Below, piece after piece: positions 7,219 to 18,137 of a stretch of DNA of 64,000 nucleotides (its first letter is position 1; each line of letters begins with the position of its first letter). Both the position numbers and the translations under genes were made by a program. The DNA is from an uncultured Gillisia sp. (GTDB lineage Bacteria > Bacteroidota > Bacteroidia > Flavobacteriales > Flavobacteriaceae), in NCBI GenBank assembly GCA_963972215.1, contig CAXATE010000006.1:54476-118475 (forward strand), given 5' to 3'. A model generated the notes under the pieces. The model saw only the letters and a list, made by a program, of their open reading frames with translations. It was not told the DNA's origin and did not search any database.

Positions 7219-9714
7219 ATGAAAAAAACAATATTCTTCCTCGCTTGTTTTCTAATTAGCATTACTGCTGCAGTTTCTCAAGACTTACAATCTCCCGAAC
7301 AATTTTTGGGTTATGAAATAGGCACGCAATTTACCCGTCATGCAGATGTGGTAAATTATTTTAATCATGTGGCTAAAAATTCCAACATGGTTATCTATAA
7401 TACGTATGGAAAAACAAATGAAAACCGACCTCTTACTTATGCCGTAATATCTTCTGAAGAAAACTTGAAGAATCTTGAAGTCATCAAGAAGGAACATTTA
7501 AACAGCACAACGAGTTCTTCAGAAAACAAACCTAGCAAAGCCATTGTTTGGCTAAGTTATAATGTTCATGGAAATGAATCTTCGAGTACCGAGGCTGCTA
7601 TGAAAACCGTATACGAACTGGTGACAAAAAAGAAAGATTGGCTAGAAAACACTGTAGTTATCATGGATCCATGTGTAAATCCCGATGGTAGAGATCGTTA
7701 TGCCAATTGGTATAATCAGGTTAAAACAACGCCTTACAATCCATCTCCTTTGGCGGCAGAACACAATGAACCTTGGCCTGGAGGAAGACCAAATCATTAT
7801 CTTTTCGATCTTAACAGAGATTGGGCTTGGGCTACCCAAGTAGAGACCAGAGCTAGGTTAAAGATCTACAATCAATGGATGCCTCATATTCATGTAGATT
7901 TTCATGAGCAAGGCATTAACGAACCTTATTATTTTGCACCTGCAGCAGAGCCATTTCATGAAATAATCACTCCATTTCAGCGTGATTTCCAAGCTGAAAT
8001 AGGTAAAAATCATGCAAAATATTTTGATGAAGAAGGCTGGCTTTATTTTACCAAAGAACGATTCGATCTATTATATCCTAGTTATGGCGACACTTATCCA
8101 ACTTACATGGGATCTATAGGAATGACCTATGAGCAAGCTGGTGGAGGTCAAGGTGGATTAGGAATTCAAACTGCAGAGGGATATGAATTAACCTTGGTAG
8201 ATCGCGTTGCCCATCACTTTACAACAGGAATCTCTACTGTGGAGATCGCTTCACAAAACATAGATAAATTAAATTCGGAGTTCAGTAAATTCTATAAGAA
8301 TGAACAGCTAGCCAAGAAGAGCTATGTTTTAAACGGGAGTCCAGATAAAATTGCTGCCTTAAAAGCACTTATGGATACTCATAATATAACCTATGCCAGT
8401 ACAAATTCTGGAAAGATAAAAGGATATAATTATAACACTTCTAAAACTTCAGATTTTACGGCTAATGAAAATTCGTTGGTAATAAGCACCGATCAGGCTA
8501 AAGGGAAAATGGTAAAAGTTCTATTTGAACCTAATGCAAAGCTAAGCGATTCTTTAACCTACGATATAACTGCGTGGAGTTTACCTTATGCCTATGGTTT
8601 GGATGCTGTTGCGAGTGAAAAACTGGTTACCACTACTAAATCTGCAACTCCTGCCGTAGTTATGAATGCTGAAAATTCTTCTGCTACAGGATTTATTACT
8701 AAATGGGATAGCATGGAAGACGCCAGATTTTTGGCAGAACTTTTAAAGGAAGGAATAAAGGTTAGATTCAGCACTTTAGAATTAGAGAATGCAGGCGAAA
8801 AATTTAATCCGGGTAGTTTAGTGATAACTAAAAGCGATAATAGAAATCTAGAAAATTTTCATGCAAAGGTGGTTGCCCTTGCAAATACTCATGGAAGAAA
8901 GCTTACTGCTGCAAATACCGGTTTTTCTAAAAGCGGACCCGACTTTGGTTCTTCAGAAATAAAAATAATTAACAAACCACGAGTGGGAGTGCTTCGAGGA
9001 GAAGGCGTTTCTTCATTGAATTTTGGGGAAATATGGTACTTTTTCGAAAAAGATCTTAATTACCCTATCACTCCAATAGATACAGATTATTTTGAAGAAG
9101 TAGATCTTACTTTAATAGATGTTTTAGTGATCCCATCAGGAAGATATAGTAGTTTGCTAAATAAAGAAGGATTAGGAAAATTAAATGATTGGGTTAAAAA
9201 TGGCGGAAAAGTAATCGCTATTGGGAATGCAGTAGGAAGTTTTGCGGGTAAGGAAGGCTTCAACTTAAAAGAAAACAAACCTGAAACCAAAAAAGATACT
9301 ACAGCAAAGGCTAATTTAATTCCTTATAGCAGCCGTGAAAGAGAAGGAATTAAAGAGTTAATAACAGGAAGCATTGTGAAAACCACTTTGGATAATACAC
9401 ACCCAATGGCTTTTGGATATAACGATACCTATTTCAGCTTAAAATTGAGCAGCGATAGTTTCGGCTATTTATCTGAAGGCTATAATATCGCCTATTTAAA
9501 GGATTCACCAGAGATCGTTTCCGGTTTTGCGGGAAGTGAGGCTTTTAAGAACATGAAAAACTCCATGATCTTTGGAGAAGAGCGAATTGGGAATGGTAGC
9601 ATTATTTATATGGTAGATAATCCTGTATTTAGAGCTTTTTGGGAAAATGGAAAATTGTTTCTAGCAAATGCTATTTTCTTTGTGAACAATGATACTTATA
9701 GAATGAAGATTTAA
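7219..9714 (+). CDS. M14 family zinc carboxypeptidase, secreted
   Basis: Signal peptide; HGNE, NPDG, DLNRD and DFHEQ motifs. Confidence 0.9.
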   Translation: MKKTIFFLACFLISITAAVSQDLQSPEQFLGYEIGTQFTRHADVVNYFNHVAKNSNMVIYNTYGKTNENRPLTYAVISSEENLKNLEVIKKEHLNSTTSSSENKPSKAIVWLSYNVHGNESSSTEAAMKTVYELVTKKKDWLENTVVIMDPCVNPDGRDRYANWYNQVKTTPYNPSPLAAEHNEPWPGGRPNHYLFDLNRDWAWATQVETRARLKIYNQWMPHIHVDFHEQGINEPYYFAPAAEPFHEIITPFQRDFQAEIGKNHAKYFDEEGWLYFTKERFDLLYPSYGDTYPTYMGSIGMTYEQAGGGQGGLGIQTAEGYELTLVDRVAHHFTTGISTVEIASQNIDKLNSEFSKFYKNEQLAKKSYVLNGSPDKIAALKALMDTHNITYASTNSGKIKGYNYNTSKTSDFTANENSLVISTDQAKGKMVKVLFEPNAKLSDSLTYDITAWSLPYAYGLDAVASEKLVTTTKSATPAVVMNAENSSATGFITKWDSMEDARFLAELLKEGIKVRFSTLELENAGEKFNPGSLVITKSDNRNLENFHAKVVALANTHGRKLTAANTGFSKSGPDFGSSEIKIINKPRVGVLRGEGVSSLNFGEIWYFFEKDLNYPITPIDTDYFEEVDLTLIDVLVIPSGRYSSLLNKEGLGKLNDWVKNGGKVIAIGNAVGSFAGKEGFNLKENKPETKKDTTAKANLIPYSSREREGIKELITGSIVKTTLDNTHPMAFGYNDTYFSLKLSSDSFGYLSEGYNIAYLKDSPEIVSGFAGSEAFKNMKNSMIFGEERIGNGSIIYMVDNPVFRAFWENGKLFLANAIFFVNNDTYRMKI

Positions 9715-9920
9715 CTGCTTATTAGTAAGGTATACTAAAACGATCTAGGACTTTATCCTGAAATTGGTATAGAATCTCATTAAACTGAAAATGAATACAA
9801 TAAATTGGTACATGATCTAATTCCGATAACTATTGAAACTGTATTATGAATATCAGTTAAAGTAATTACTAGCATTAAATTGGAACATCAAAAATTTAAA
9901 AAAAACATAGAAATATAAAC

Positions 9921-12737
9921 ATGAAGAATACTTTTTCAGCTTTATTACTACTTTTCTTAGCGATCCCTATTTCCATAGTAGCTCAAGATAAAGCCAAAGG
10001 CATCAATATAGATTTTGAAACATTTACGCTTCAAAACGGACTTCGGGTTATTTTGCATGAAGACAAATCAGATCCTGTGGTGGCGGTTGCTTTAACAAGT
10101 CATGTAGGTTCTGCAAGAGAAATTGAAGGCAGAACTGGATTTGCACATCTATTTGAGCACCTCTTATTTCTGGAATCTGAGAATCTGGGAAAAGGCGGTT
10201 TAGATAAAATGAGCGCGAGAATTGGAGGTTCTGGAGCTAATGGATCTACCAGTAGAGATCGAACCAACTATTTCCAGACCGTTCCTAACGATGCTCTGGA
10301 AAAAATGATCTGGGCTGAAGCAGATAAACTGGGCTATTTTATAAATACGGTTACAGAGCCTGTACTTGCAAAGGAAAAGCAAGTGGTGAAAAATGAGAAA
10401 AGACAAGGAGTAGATAATTCGCCTTATGGACACACAATGGCAGTGATAGATAAAAATCTGTATCCACAGGATCATCCTTATAACTGGCAGGTAATTGGCT
10501 CTTTAGAAGATCTTCAAAATGCCACTTTGCAGGATGTAAAAGACTTTTATAACAGATGGTATGTGCCAAATAATGTGACCTTGACCATAGCTGGTGATTT
10601 TGATAAAGAACAAGCTAAAGAATGGGTTCACAAATATTTTGACGAGATAAAACCTGGAAAAGAGATCGCTATATTAGAAAAACGACCAGCAAATTTAAAG
10701 GAAATCAAGCAACTATATTATGAAGATAACTTCGCCAATTTACCAGAATTAACCTTAACCTGGCCATCTGTATATTCTTATCACGAAGACTCCTATGCCT
10801 TAGAAATCTTAACGAAATATTTATCTGAAGGTAAAAGCGCACCACTATACAAAAAGTTAGTTGAAGAAAAGAAACTTACAGACAGAGTTAGAATGTTCGA
10901 TTACACCTCGGAATTGGCAGGACAGCTAATGCTTCAGGTTCGTGCTTTCGACGGAAAAGATCTGGATGATGTTAAAAAAGCCATAGACGAAAGTTTCGCT
11001 GAATTTGAAAAGAAGGGAATTTCAGAAAAAGATCTAAAACGCATTAAAGCAGGACAGGAAACCGATTTTTATAACGGCATTTCCAGTGTTTTAGGAAAGG
11101 GATTTCAGTTAGCACAATATCAGATCTTCGCCAACGATCCAAATGAGATCAACAAGAATGTAGAAAAGATCTTAAATGTGACTCGAGATGATGTAATGAA
11201 GGTTTATAATAAATACCTAAAAGGGAAACCTTATATCGCAACATCCTTTGTTCCGAAGGGACAGGCAGAATTGGCTCTAGAAAATTCGGTTCTTGCTGAA
11301 ATTGAAGAAGAAAAAATTGTTGAGGGAGCCGAAGAAGAATTCGACGCAAATGCTGATGCTTCCTACCAGAAAACTCCAAGCAGTTTTGACAGAAGTAGTG
11401 AACCTCCTTACTGGGGAAATCCGGAAGTAAGGACCCCAGATATTTGGAAATTTAATTTACCATCTGGATTAACAGTTTCTGGAATTACCACCAATGAAGT
11501 TCCTATTGTCTATTTCACTTTAGAGATGGAAGGTGGACTATTATTAGAAAAATCTACTAAAACAGGGGTTTCTAATTTATTAGCAAACTTGCTTACAAAA
11601 GGCACCAAAAATAAAACTCCGCAAGAATTAGAAGAGGCAATAGAATTATTAGGTTCTAATATCTCTGTAGATGCAGATGATGAAAAAATTACGCTTAGCG
11701 GAAGTAGCTTAAGCCGTAATTATGCCAAGACCATGGAATTGGTAAAAGAGATATTGCTGGAACCTAGATGGGATGAAGCAGAATTTAAATTGGAAAAGCA
11801 AAAGGTTTTAAGTCAGTTACAACAACAAGAAGCCAATCCAAATAGTATTGCGAGTAATGAGTTCAAGAAATTGATCTATGGAGAATATCATATACTTTCC
11901 AACAATCTTCTTGGTACGCCGGCTTCAGTAAATGCTATAAAACTTGAAGATCTAAAGAATTATTACAAGAATAATCTAACTCCATTGCGTGCAACTTTTC
12001 TTGCGGTTGGTGATATCAATGAAAAACAAACACGAGAATCTTTAAAGGCAATTTCTGCAAATTGGAAACCTGTTAGCGTTAAGATTCCAGAATATCCACA
12101 GCCAGAAGCTCCACAAGAAGCTAAGGTTTATTTTTATGATGTACCAGGTGCAAAACAATCTGTTATCAAAATTGGAGCTCCAGCTTTAAAGGCTACAGAT
12201 GAAGATTTCTACAAAGCCGAAGTGATGAATTATCGTCTTGGAGGGGGTAGTTTTGCTTCTCAACTCACCCAACAACTTAGAGAAGGAAAAGGCTATACCT
12301 ACGGAATAAGATCTAGATTTAATGGAAGCAATTTGGTTGGACCTTTTGAAATTTCGAGTGGTGTTCGTTCTAATATTACCTTTGAAGCGGTCTCCCTTAT
12401 AAAGGATATTCTTGAAAATTATTCTGAAAGTTTAACTCCCCTGGATCTTGAAGTCACCCAAAGTTTTATGATTAAAAGCAACGCTAGAAAATTTGAAACT
12501 CTTGGGGCCAAATTAAATATGCTAAGCGATATTAACTCTTACAATTATTCACCAGATTATATTAAGCAGCAAGAAGTTGAAGTGAATAACCTAAGTCTGG
12601 AAGACCTTAAAATGTTAGCTAAAAAATATGTGGATCCTAATAAGATGTATTATTTGATAGTTGGAGATGCTGCAACGCAACTCAAAAAATTAGATGATCT
12701 AGGATTTGGGGAACCAATTCTCTTAAATGAAAATTAA
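9921..12737 (+). CDS. M16 (pitrilysin/insulinase) zinc protease, double-domain
   Basis: Signal peptide; inverted HxxEH (HLFEH), NGST, LREGKGYTY. Confidence 0.93.
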   Translation: MKNTFSALLLLFLAIPISIVAQDKAKGINIDFETFTLQNGLRVILHEDKSDPVVAVALTSHVGSAREIEGRTGFAHLFEHLLFLESENLGKGGLDKMSARIGGSGANGSTSRDRTNYFQTVPNDALEKMIWAEADKLGYFINTVTEPVLAKEKQVVKNEKRQGVDNSPYGHTMAVIDKNLYPQDHPYNWQVIGSLEDLQNATLQDVKDFYNRWYVPNNVTLTIAGDFDKEQAKEWVHKYFDEIKPGKEIAILEKRPANLKEIKQLYYEDNFANLPELTLTWPSVYSYHEDSYALEILTKYLSEGKSAPLYKKLVEEKKLTDRVRMFDYTSELAGQLMLQVRAFDGKDLDDVKKAIDESFAEFEKKGISEKDLKRIKAGQETDFYNGISSVLGKGFQLAQYQIFANDPNEINKNVEKILNVTRDDVMKVYNKYLKGKPYIATSFVPKGQAELALENSVLAEIEEEKIVEGAEEEFDANADASYQKTPSSFDRSSEPPYWGNPEVRTPDIWKFNLPSGLTVSGITTNEVPIVYFTLEMEGGLLLEKSTKTGVSNLLANLLTKGTKNKTPQELEEAIELLGSNISVDADDEKITLSGSSLSRNYAKTMELVKEILLEPRWDEAEFKLEKQKVLSQLQQQEANPNSIASNEFKKLIYGEYHILSNNLLGTPASVNAIKLEDLKNYYKNNLTPLRATFLAVGDINEKQTRESLKAISANWKPVSVKIPEYPQPEAPQEAKVYFYDVPGAKQSVIKIGAPALKATDEDFYKAEVMNYRLGGGSFASQLTQQLREGKGYTYGIRSRFNGSNLVGPFEISSGVRSNITFEAVSLIKDILENYSESLTPLDLEVTQSFMIKSNARKFETLGAKLNMLSDINSYNYSPDYIKQQEVEVNNLSLEDLKMLAKKYVDPNKMYYLIVGDAATQLKKLDDLGFGEPILLNEN

Positions 12738-13755
12738 ATTTAAGGCGCTTATAAATGCAACTTCGGGAATTCTACAACTTCCTGCAGTTGCATTTTTTTT
12801 GTTTAAAAATGTAAGGACACAAAAGAAATTCATTAAAAAGCATTTAGTAGGAGAACTGAAACCATTTAGGGTAACTAGTGATAACAGCTTAAGCAAGGAG
12901 GATTTTATTAAGATCACTCATTATTATGGCCTTGGGGTACCGGCTATTCTGGGAAGTACATTCTGCCGACTTCACAATAAAAAATTTGAGAAACAGGAGC
13001 GAATAGTAATGACCTATTTAGGAGGGATCTCTGGACTTTTGGACGACCTGTTTGATGATCCCGAAAGAGAATGGAATCATTTAGAAGAATTTATTTTAGC
13101 TCCAGGAAAATTGGAACCAAAAAACAATTTGGAAGCCATCCTAAAACAACTGTATTTAAAAGGTCTTGAAAGTTCTGAAAATTCAGATACTCTTAAAAAG
13201 CAAGCATTATTAGTCTTTATAACTGAAAAACAAAGTCTCCAACAACAATCCAGTATTGCCCCTTCAAAAATCAAAGAACTCACTTTCCTTAAAGGCGGTC
13301 ATTCTTTCATCTATTATAGATTGTGTCTTAACGCTCCATTACTCGGCCCCGAGCGTAAAATGATCTATCAATTTGGAGGGCTTATGCAAATGGGAAATGA
13401 TATTTTTGATGTTTGGGAAGATTGTCAACAAGGAATACACACCCTAGCTACTATAGAAAAAGATATTAAGCATTTAAGAAGATGTTTTAACATGGAACTG
13501 GATCTGGCACTGAATTACACTTATGCTTGTGAATTTAAAGAAAAACAAATTGAGCAATTCCTAAAGCTCACCTTATTTGGACTATGCCGGGTATTTGTGT
13601 GTTTAGACCAATTAGAAAAACTTCAGAACACCACAAATGGCATTTTTGAACCTCATTCCTACTCCAGAAAGCAGCTAATTTGTGACATGCAACGTTCTGA
13701 AAACAAAAAAGCAGCTTTAAAATATTATTTAAAACTGCTTTCAGAAATTATATAG
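12727..13755 (+). CDS. Class I isoprenoid/terpene-synthase-fold protein, function unknown
   Basis: DDLFDD (DDxxD) and QMGNDIFDVWED...G..T second metal motif; helical; overlaps the M16 stop by 11 bp. Confidence 0.6.
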   Translation: MKIKFKALINATSGILQLPAVAFFLFKNVRTQKKFIKKHLVGELKPFRVTSDNSLSKEDFIKITHYYGLGVPAILGSTFCRLHNKKFEKQERIVMTYLGGISGLLDDLFDDPEREWNHLEEFILAPGKLEPKNNLEAILKQLYLKGLESSENSDTLKKQALLVFITEKQSLQQQSSIAPSKIKELTFLKGGHSFIYYRLCLNAPLLGPERKMIYQFGGLMQMGNDIFDVWEDCQQGIHTLATIEKDIKHLRRCFNMELDLALNYTYACEFKEKQIEQFLKLTLFGLCRVFVCLDQLEKLQNTTNGIFEPHSYSRKQLICDMQRSENKKAALKYYLKLLSEII

Positions 13756-13759
13756 AAAA

Positions 13760-14443
13760 TTAAATTCCGGGTTTGGAAGGACCTTTTTTCTTTCTGTGTT
13801 TTAATACTTCAGCCTCTAGATAAAAAATGATCTCTTCTCCAATATTAGTGATCAGGTCTCCTACTCTTTCAATTTTCTTAATAACCGAGAAAAGCAATAA
13901 ATATTGATCTATTAATTTAGGATCTTTTTGAACTTCTTCAGAAATAACTGCAAAAGAGTTTAGATTGATCTTATTAAGGATCTTATCTTTTTTAAACACC
14001 TTTCTAGCCTTTTTTGCATTTCCGGTCTTATAGGCGTCTCTAATATCGTCCAGCATAGATAAGGCGGCTTTGTACATCTCCTCAAATTCTAATTTGTCTA
14101 ATACTTCCTGAATTACCGGTGTGTCTACTTCCACTATATAACTGGAAATACCATAGGCGTGATCTCCGATACGCTCCAAGTCAAAGTTTATTTTGCGTAA
14201 AGCCAAAACAAATCTAAGATCTCCAGCTACGGGATTATGCAGTGCAATAAAGCGCTCACACTCCCTATCTATTTTAAGATCCATGCCATTTACACGATTT
14301 TCGGTGTGTAAAACTTCTTCGGCTAGATCGCTATCATGCGTAAGAAATGCATCTTTAGATTTTATAAATTGTTTTCTAACAAGCTGGAACATTTCCAAAC
14401 CTGACTGATTCAAAATTTCTCTGTGATCTTCTAAGTTCAACAT
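13760..14443 (-). CDS. phoU: Phosphate signalling protein PhoU
   Basis: PVAGDLR, LERIGDHA and IERVGDLITNIGE repeats; last gene of the pst operon. Confidence 0.95.
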   Translation of the reverse strand: MLNLEDHREILNQSGLEMFQLVRKQFIKSKDAFLTHDSDLAEEVLHTENRVNGMDLKIDRECERFIALHNPVAGDLRFVLALRKINFDLERIGDHAYGISSYIVEVDTPVIQEVLDKLEFEEMYKAALSMLDDIRDAYKTGNAKKARKVFKKDKILNKINLNSFAVISEEVQKDPKLIDQYLLLFSVIKKIERVGDLITNIGEEIIFYLEAEVLKHRKKKGPSKPGI

Positions 14444-14454
14444 AATATTTAAGT

Positions 14455-15255
14455 TTATCCGAAACGACCAGTGATATAGTTCTCGGTTTGTTTTTTCTCA
14501 GGATTGGTAAAGATCTTGTTGGTCTTGTCATATTCTATAAGTTCTCCCAAATAGAAAAATGCTGTATTATCGCTAATCCTACTTGCTTGTTGCATGTTAT
14601 GCGTAACAATTACGATAGTATACTTGTCTTTTAACTTATAAATAAGCTCCTCGATCTTTGCTGTAGAAATTGGATCTAAGGCAGAAGTAGGCTCATCCAT
14701 CAAAATAATTGAAGGTTCTACTGCTAAGGTTCTGGCAATACATAAACGTTGTTGTTGCCCACCAGACAGCGCCAGTGCAGACTTATTAAGATCGTCCTTT
14801 ACCTCACTCCATAAAGCTACTTGTTTCAAAGAGCTCTCCACACGTTCTTGCAAAAATGCTTTGTCTTTTAAACCTTGTATTTTAAGTCCGTATGCTACAT
14901 TTTCAAAAATAGACTTTGGAAATGGGTTTGGTTTCTGAAAAACCATACCTACTTGCTTTCTTAACAATTCTACATTTATATTCTTATCGTAGATATCTTT
15001 TCCATCGATGTTTATATCTCCACCCATTTTAAAATCGTCTACATAATCATTCATTCTATTGAACAACCTTAAGAACGTGGATTTCCCACAACCCGAAGGA
15101 CCAATAAAGGCAGTTACTTTATTAGCCTTGATATCCATACTCACGCCTTTAATCGCCATAAAATCACTATACCAAACTTTTACGTCTTTGGCCTGTAATT
15201 TATATTTACGCTTAATGCTACTCTCTATAATACTTTCGTTATTTTCTTCACTCAT
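14455..15255 (-). CDS. pstB: Phosphate ABC transporter ATPase
   Basis: [42 protein letters not shown]. Confidence 0.98.
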   Translation of the reverse strand: MSEENNESIIESSIKRKYKLQAKDVKVWYSDFMAIKGVSMDIKANKVTAFIGPSGCGKSTFLRLFNRMNDYVDDFKMGGDINIDGKDIYDKNINVELLRKQVGMVFQKPNPFPKSIFENVAYGLKIQGLKDKAFLQERVESSLKQVALWSEVKDDLNKSALALSGGQQQRLCIARTLAVEPSIILMDEPTSALDPISTAKIEELIYKLKDKYTIVIVTHNMQQASRISDNTAFFYLGELIEYDKTNKIFTNPEKKQTENYITGRFG

Positions 15256-15270
15256 AATATAACACTTCTG

Positions 15271-16125
15271 TTATTTAAATTTTTTCTGCCATTTATTTCT
15301 GAAATAAACTGCAATACCATTCATTACAAAAGTAATCAACAATAAAATAATAATTGCCGCAGCGGCATTCTCTACAAATCCATGCTGAGGGCGTGTGATC
15401 CAGTTAAATATTTGAATTGGCAATACCGAAAACTCGTCCATAGGCGAACTTGGTGCAAAAGGTACATAGGCCAATGCTCCAATTACAATTAATGGAGCTG
15501 TTTCTCCTACGGCTCTGGATAATGCCAAGATAATTCCGGTTAAGATCCCACCAAAAGATGCAGGTAATAATTGATGATACACTGTTTGCCATTTAGAAGC
15601 TCCCATTGCAAAGGAAGCATCTCTAATAGATTTTGGAACCGCTTTAATAGCTTCTCTGGTAGAAACTATAACAATTGGCAAAATTAATAAGGCCAAGGTA
15701 CAACTTCCTGCAAGTACACTTGCTCCCATTTCCATGATCCTAACAAATACCTCTAATCCTAAAAGCCCGTAAATAATAGATGGCACACCTGCCAAGTTAG
15801 AGATATTCACTTCTAAGATAGTAGAAAGTTTATTCTTCTTGGAATACTCCTCTAGGTAGATCGCTGCTGCAATACCAATTGGCAAGGCAATAAGTGTTGT
15901 TAGTAGCAATACCCAAATACTACCCATAAGGGCGGTATAAATTCCTGATTCTTCAGCATGCCTAGAAGGAAGGTTCATTACAAATTCCCAGTCTATTCTT
16001 AAAATTCCATCGATAAGAATATTACCAATAAAAATAGCCAGTAATACAAGGCCTAATAAAGTACAGGCAATTCCCCATATTTTAAAAGCCTGATCCTTTA
16101 GCCTGTTCTTTTTAATATTATTCAT
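15271..16125 (-). CDS. pstA: Phosphate ABC transporter permease
   Basis: NLAGVPSIIYGL, ALSRAVGETAPL. Confidence 0.96.
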   Translation of the reverse strand: MNNIKKNRLKDQAFKIWGIACTLLGLVLLAIFIGNILIDGILRIDWEFVMNLPSRHAEESGIYTALMGSIWVLLLTTLIALPIGIAAAIYLEEYSKKNKLSTILEVNISNLAGVPSIIYGLLGLEVFVRIMEMGASVLAGSCTLALLILPIVIVSTREAIKAVPKSIRDASFAMGASKWQTVYHQLLPASFGGILTGIILALSRAVGETAPLIVIGALAYVPFAPSSPMDEFSVLPIQIFNWITRPQHGFVENAAAAIIILLLITFVMNGIAVYFRNKWQKKFK

Positions 16126-16996
16126 ATTTCTCTTGGAATTTTTTTCGAATTCTGTAACTAATTGTATTCAGTAAAAAGGTGAACACAAACAAGGTGATAC
16201 CCGCTGCAAATATTGTTTTATACTCTAAGGAATCATGTTGAACATCTCCTAAACTCACTTGAACAATATATGCGGTAATTGTTTCTACAGGTACTGTAGG
16301 ATCAAAAGTCAATCTTGGTTGCTGTCCTGCAGCAATTGCAACGATCATGGTTTCTCCAATAGCTCTTGATATAGCCAAGATAATAGAGACAATAATTCCC
16401 GAAGAGGCTGCTGGTACAATTACTTTAAAAGCATTTTGCAATCTGGTAGAACCCATTCCATAGGCTGCTTCTCTTAAAGTATAAGGAACCGCATGTAAAG
16501 CATCTTCACTTAACGAGGAGATATAAGGAATGATCATAATTCCCATTACGATCCCAGCGGATAAGGAGTTGAAACTAGATAATCCCGGAATTATGGTTTG
16601 CAAAAATGGGGTAACCACCATTAATGCAAAGAATCCATAAACTACCGTTGGTACAGCAGCCAGCAATTCTAGTAAAGGTTTAATAGTTCTTCTAAAACTC
16701 TTAGGCGCATATTCACTTAAATAGATACTTATAGACAATCCTACAGGCAATGCAAATGCAATAGCAATAAAGGAGGTTAATAAGGTCCCAGAAAGTAAGG
16801 ACATTATTCCGAAGTGTTTATCTGTGAATAATGGGGTCCATTCCGGATCTGTTAAAAAATCGATTATAGAAACTTCGCTAAAAAACTTTATTGCTTCAAT
16901 AGAAAGCACCAGAATAATTCCAACAGTTACGGCAATAGTAATAAGAGCACTCAATAATAAGCCGCGTTCTATTACTAATTCCTTAATTTTTCGCAT
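16118..16996 (-). CDS. pstC: Phosphate ABC transporter permease
   Basis: LAAVPTVVYG, AISRAIGETM. Confidence 0.96.
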   Translation of the reverse strand: MRKIKELVIERGLLLSALITIAVTVGIILVLSIEAIKFFSEVSIIDFLTDPEWTPLFTDKHFGIMSLLSGTLLTSFIAIAFALPVGLSISIYLSEYAPKSFRRTIKPLLELLAAVPTVVYGFFALMVVTPFLQTIIPGLSSFNSLSAGIVMGIMIIPYISSLSEDALHAVPYTLREAAYGMGSTRLQNAFKVIVPAASSGIIVSIILAISRAIGETMIVAIAAGQQPRLTFDPTVPVETITAYIVQVSLGDVQHDSLEYKTIFAAGITLFVFTFLLNTISYRIRKKFQEKYE

Positions 16997-17179
16997 TGAT
17001 AATAAAATATATTAAATAAAGAGATTTCTATTAAATTTCTCAATTCTAGTTGTAAGAAGAAGTTATTATCTCGATACAATATTAGATACTGAAAACCCGC
17101 CCAATAACTGGGCAGGCTAAATCAGTCTTTTAGAACTTTAGGTTCTCAGAAATAATTCTTTATTTTAGGGGTGATTACT

Positions 17180-18124
17180 TTATTTGTTTTCTGCCACAAA
17201 CTTATTAAATTTTTCCTTTTGTGCAGCATACTCTTCTTTAGTTAAAGCAATATATCCAACATCTTTTGCCAAAGCTCCAGCTTCATCTAGGTAAAAGTTC
17301 ACAAAATCTATCACTTCCGGGTTTTTCATTGAAGAACTGTTCACATAGATATATAATGGTCTTGACAATGGAGTATAAGTTCCATTTTTCACAGTTTCGG
17401 TTGAAGGTTTTACACCACCATTACCACCATCTACTGCTGCTAACGCCAATTTATCTGCATTAGCCTCGTAATATGCTAAACCAAAAAAACCTAATCCGTA
17501 TTTATCTCCAGCAACACCTTGAACCAATACATTATCATCTTCACTAGCCGTAAAATCTCCTCTACTAGATCCGCTTTTTCCAACAATTGCTTCAGTAAAG
17601 TAATCGAAAGTTCCAGAGGCTACTCCAGGTCCAAATAAATGAATTTCTTCATTTGGCCAAGCCGGATTAATCTGGTTCCATTTTTTAATGGTTCCTTGTG
17701 CAGCTGGCTCCCAGATCTTTTTCAACTCTTCTACTGTAAAAGAAGTAGCCCAATCATTTTCAGGATTAATTACAACTGCAAGCCCATCGTAAGCAACTTC
17801 CAATTCTACATAAGAAATATTGTTTTCTTTAGCAACGGCAGCTTCTTCAGCTTTAATAGGTCTTGATGCATCTGCAATATTGATCTCTCCTCTTCCAAAT
17901 TTTTGAAAACCTCCACCAGTTCCTGATACTCCAATGGTAACATCTACTTTTGGTTGTACCGCTCTAAATTCTTCGGCAACGGCTTCAGTAATAGGATATA
18001 CAGTACTTGAGCCATCTATAGCAATAGTTCCAGAGCCTTCGCCTCCATTTTCAGAGTCTTGACCTTTGTTGTTCCCGCATGAAATAACTGCAAGGGATAA
18101 AAATGTAAATAATAATTTTTTCAT
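17180..18124 (-). CDS. pstS: Phosphate-binding lipoprotein
   Basis: ISC lipobox; [38 protein letters not shown]. Confidence 0.95.
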   Translation of the reverse strand: MKKLLFTFLSLAVISCGNNKGQDSENGGEGSGTIAIDGSSTVYPITEAVAEEFRAVQPKVDVTIGVSGTGGGFQKFGRGEINIADASRPIKAEEAAVAKENNISYVELEVAYDGLAVVINPENDWATSFTVEELKKIWEPAAQGTIKKWNQINPAWPNEEIHLFGPGVASGTFDYFTEAIVGKSGSSRGDFTASEDDNVLVQGVAGDKYGLGFFGLAYYEANADKLALAAVDGGNGGVKPSTETVKNGTYTPLSRPLYIYVNSSSMKNPEVIDFVNFYLDEAGALAKDVGYIALTKEEYAAQKEKFNKFVAENK

Positions 18125-18137
18125 GATCTAGTTATTG

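Noticed and set aside
2520-12737. Concentration of secreted peptidases (M28, M14, M16; S9 further on)
   Set aside because: Ordinary for protein-degrading Flavobacteriaceae; no SusC/D pair or toxin/immunity layout.
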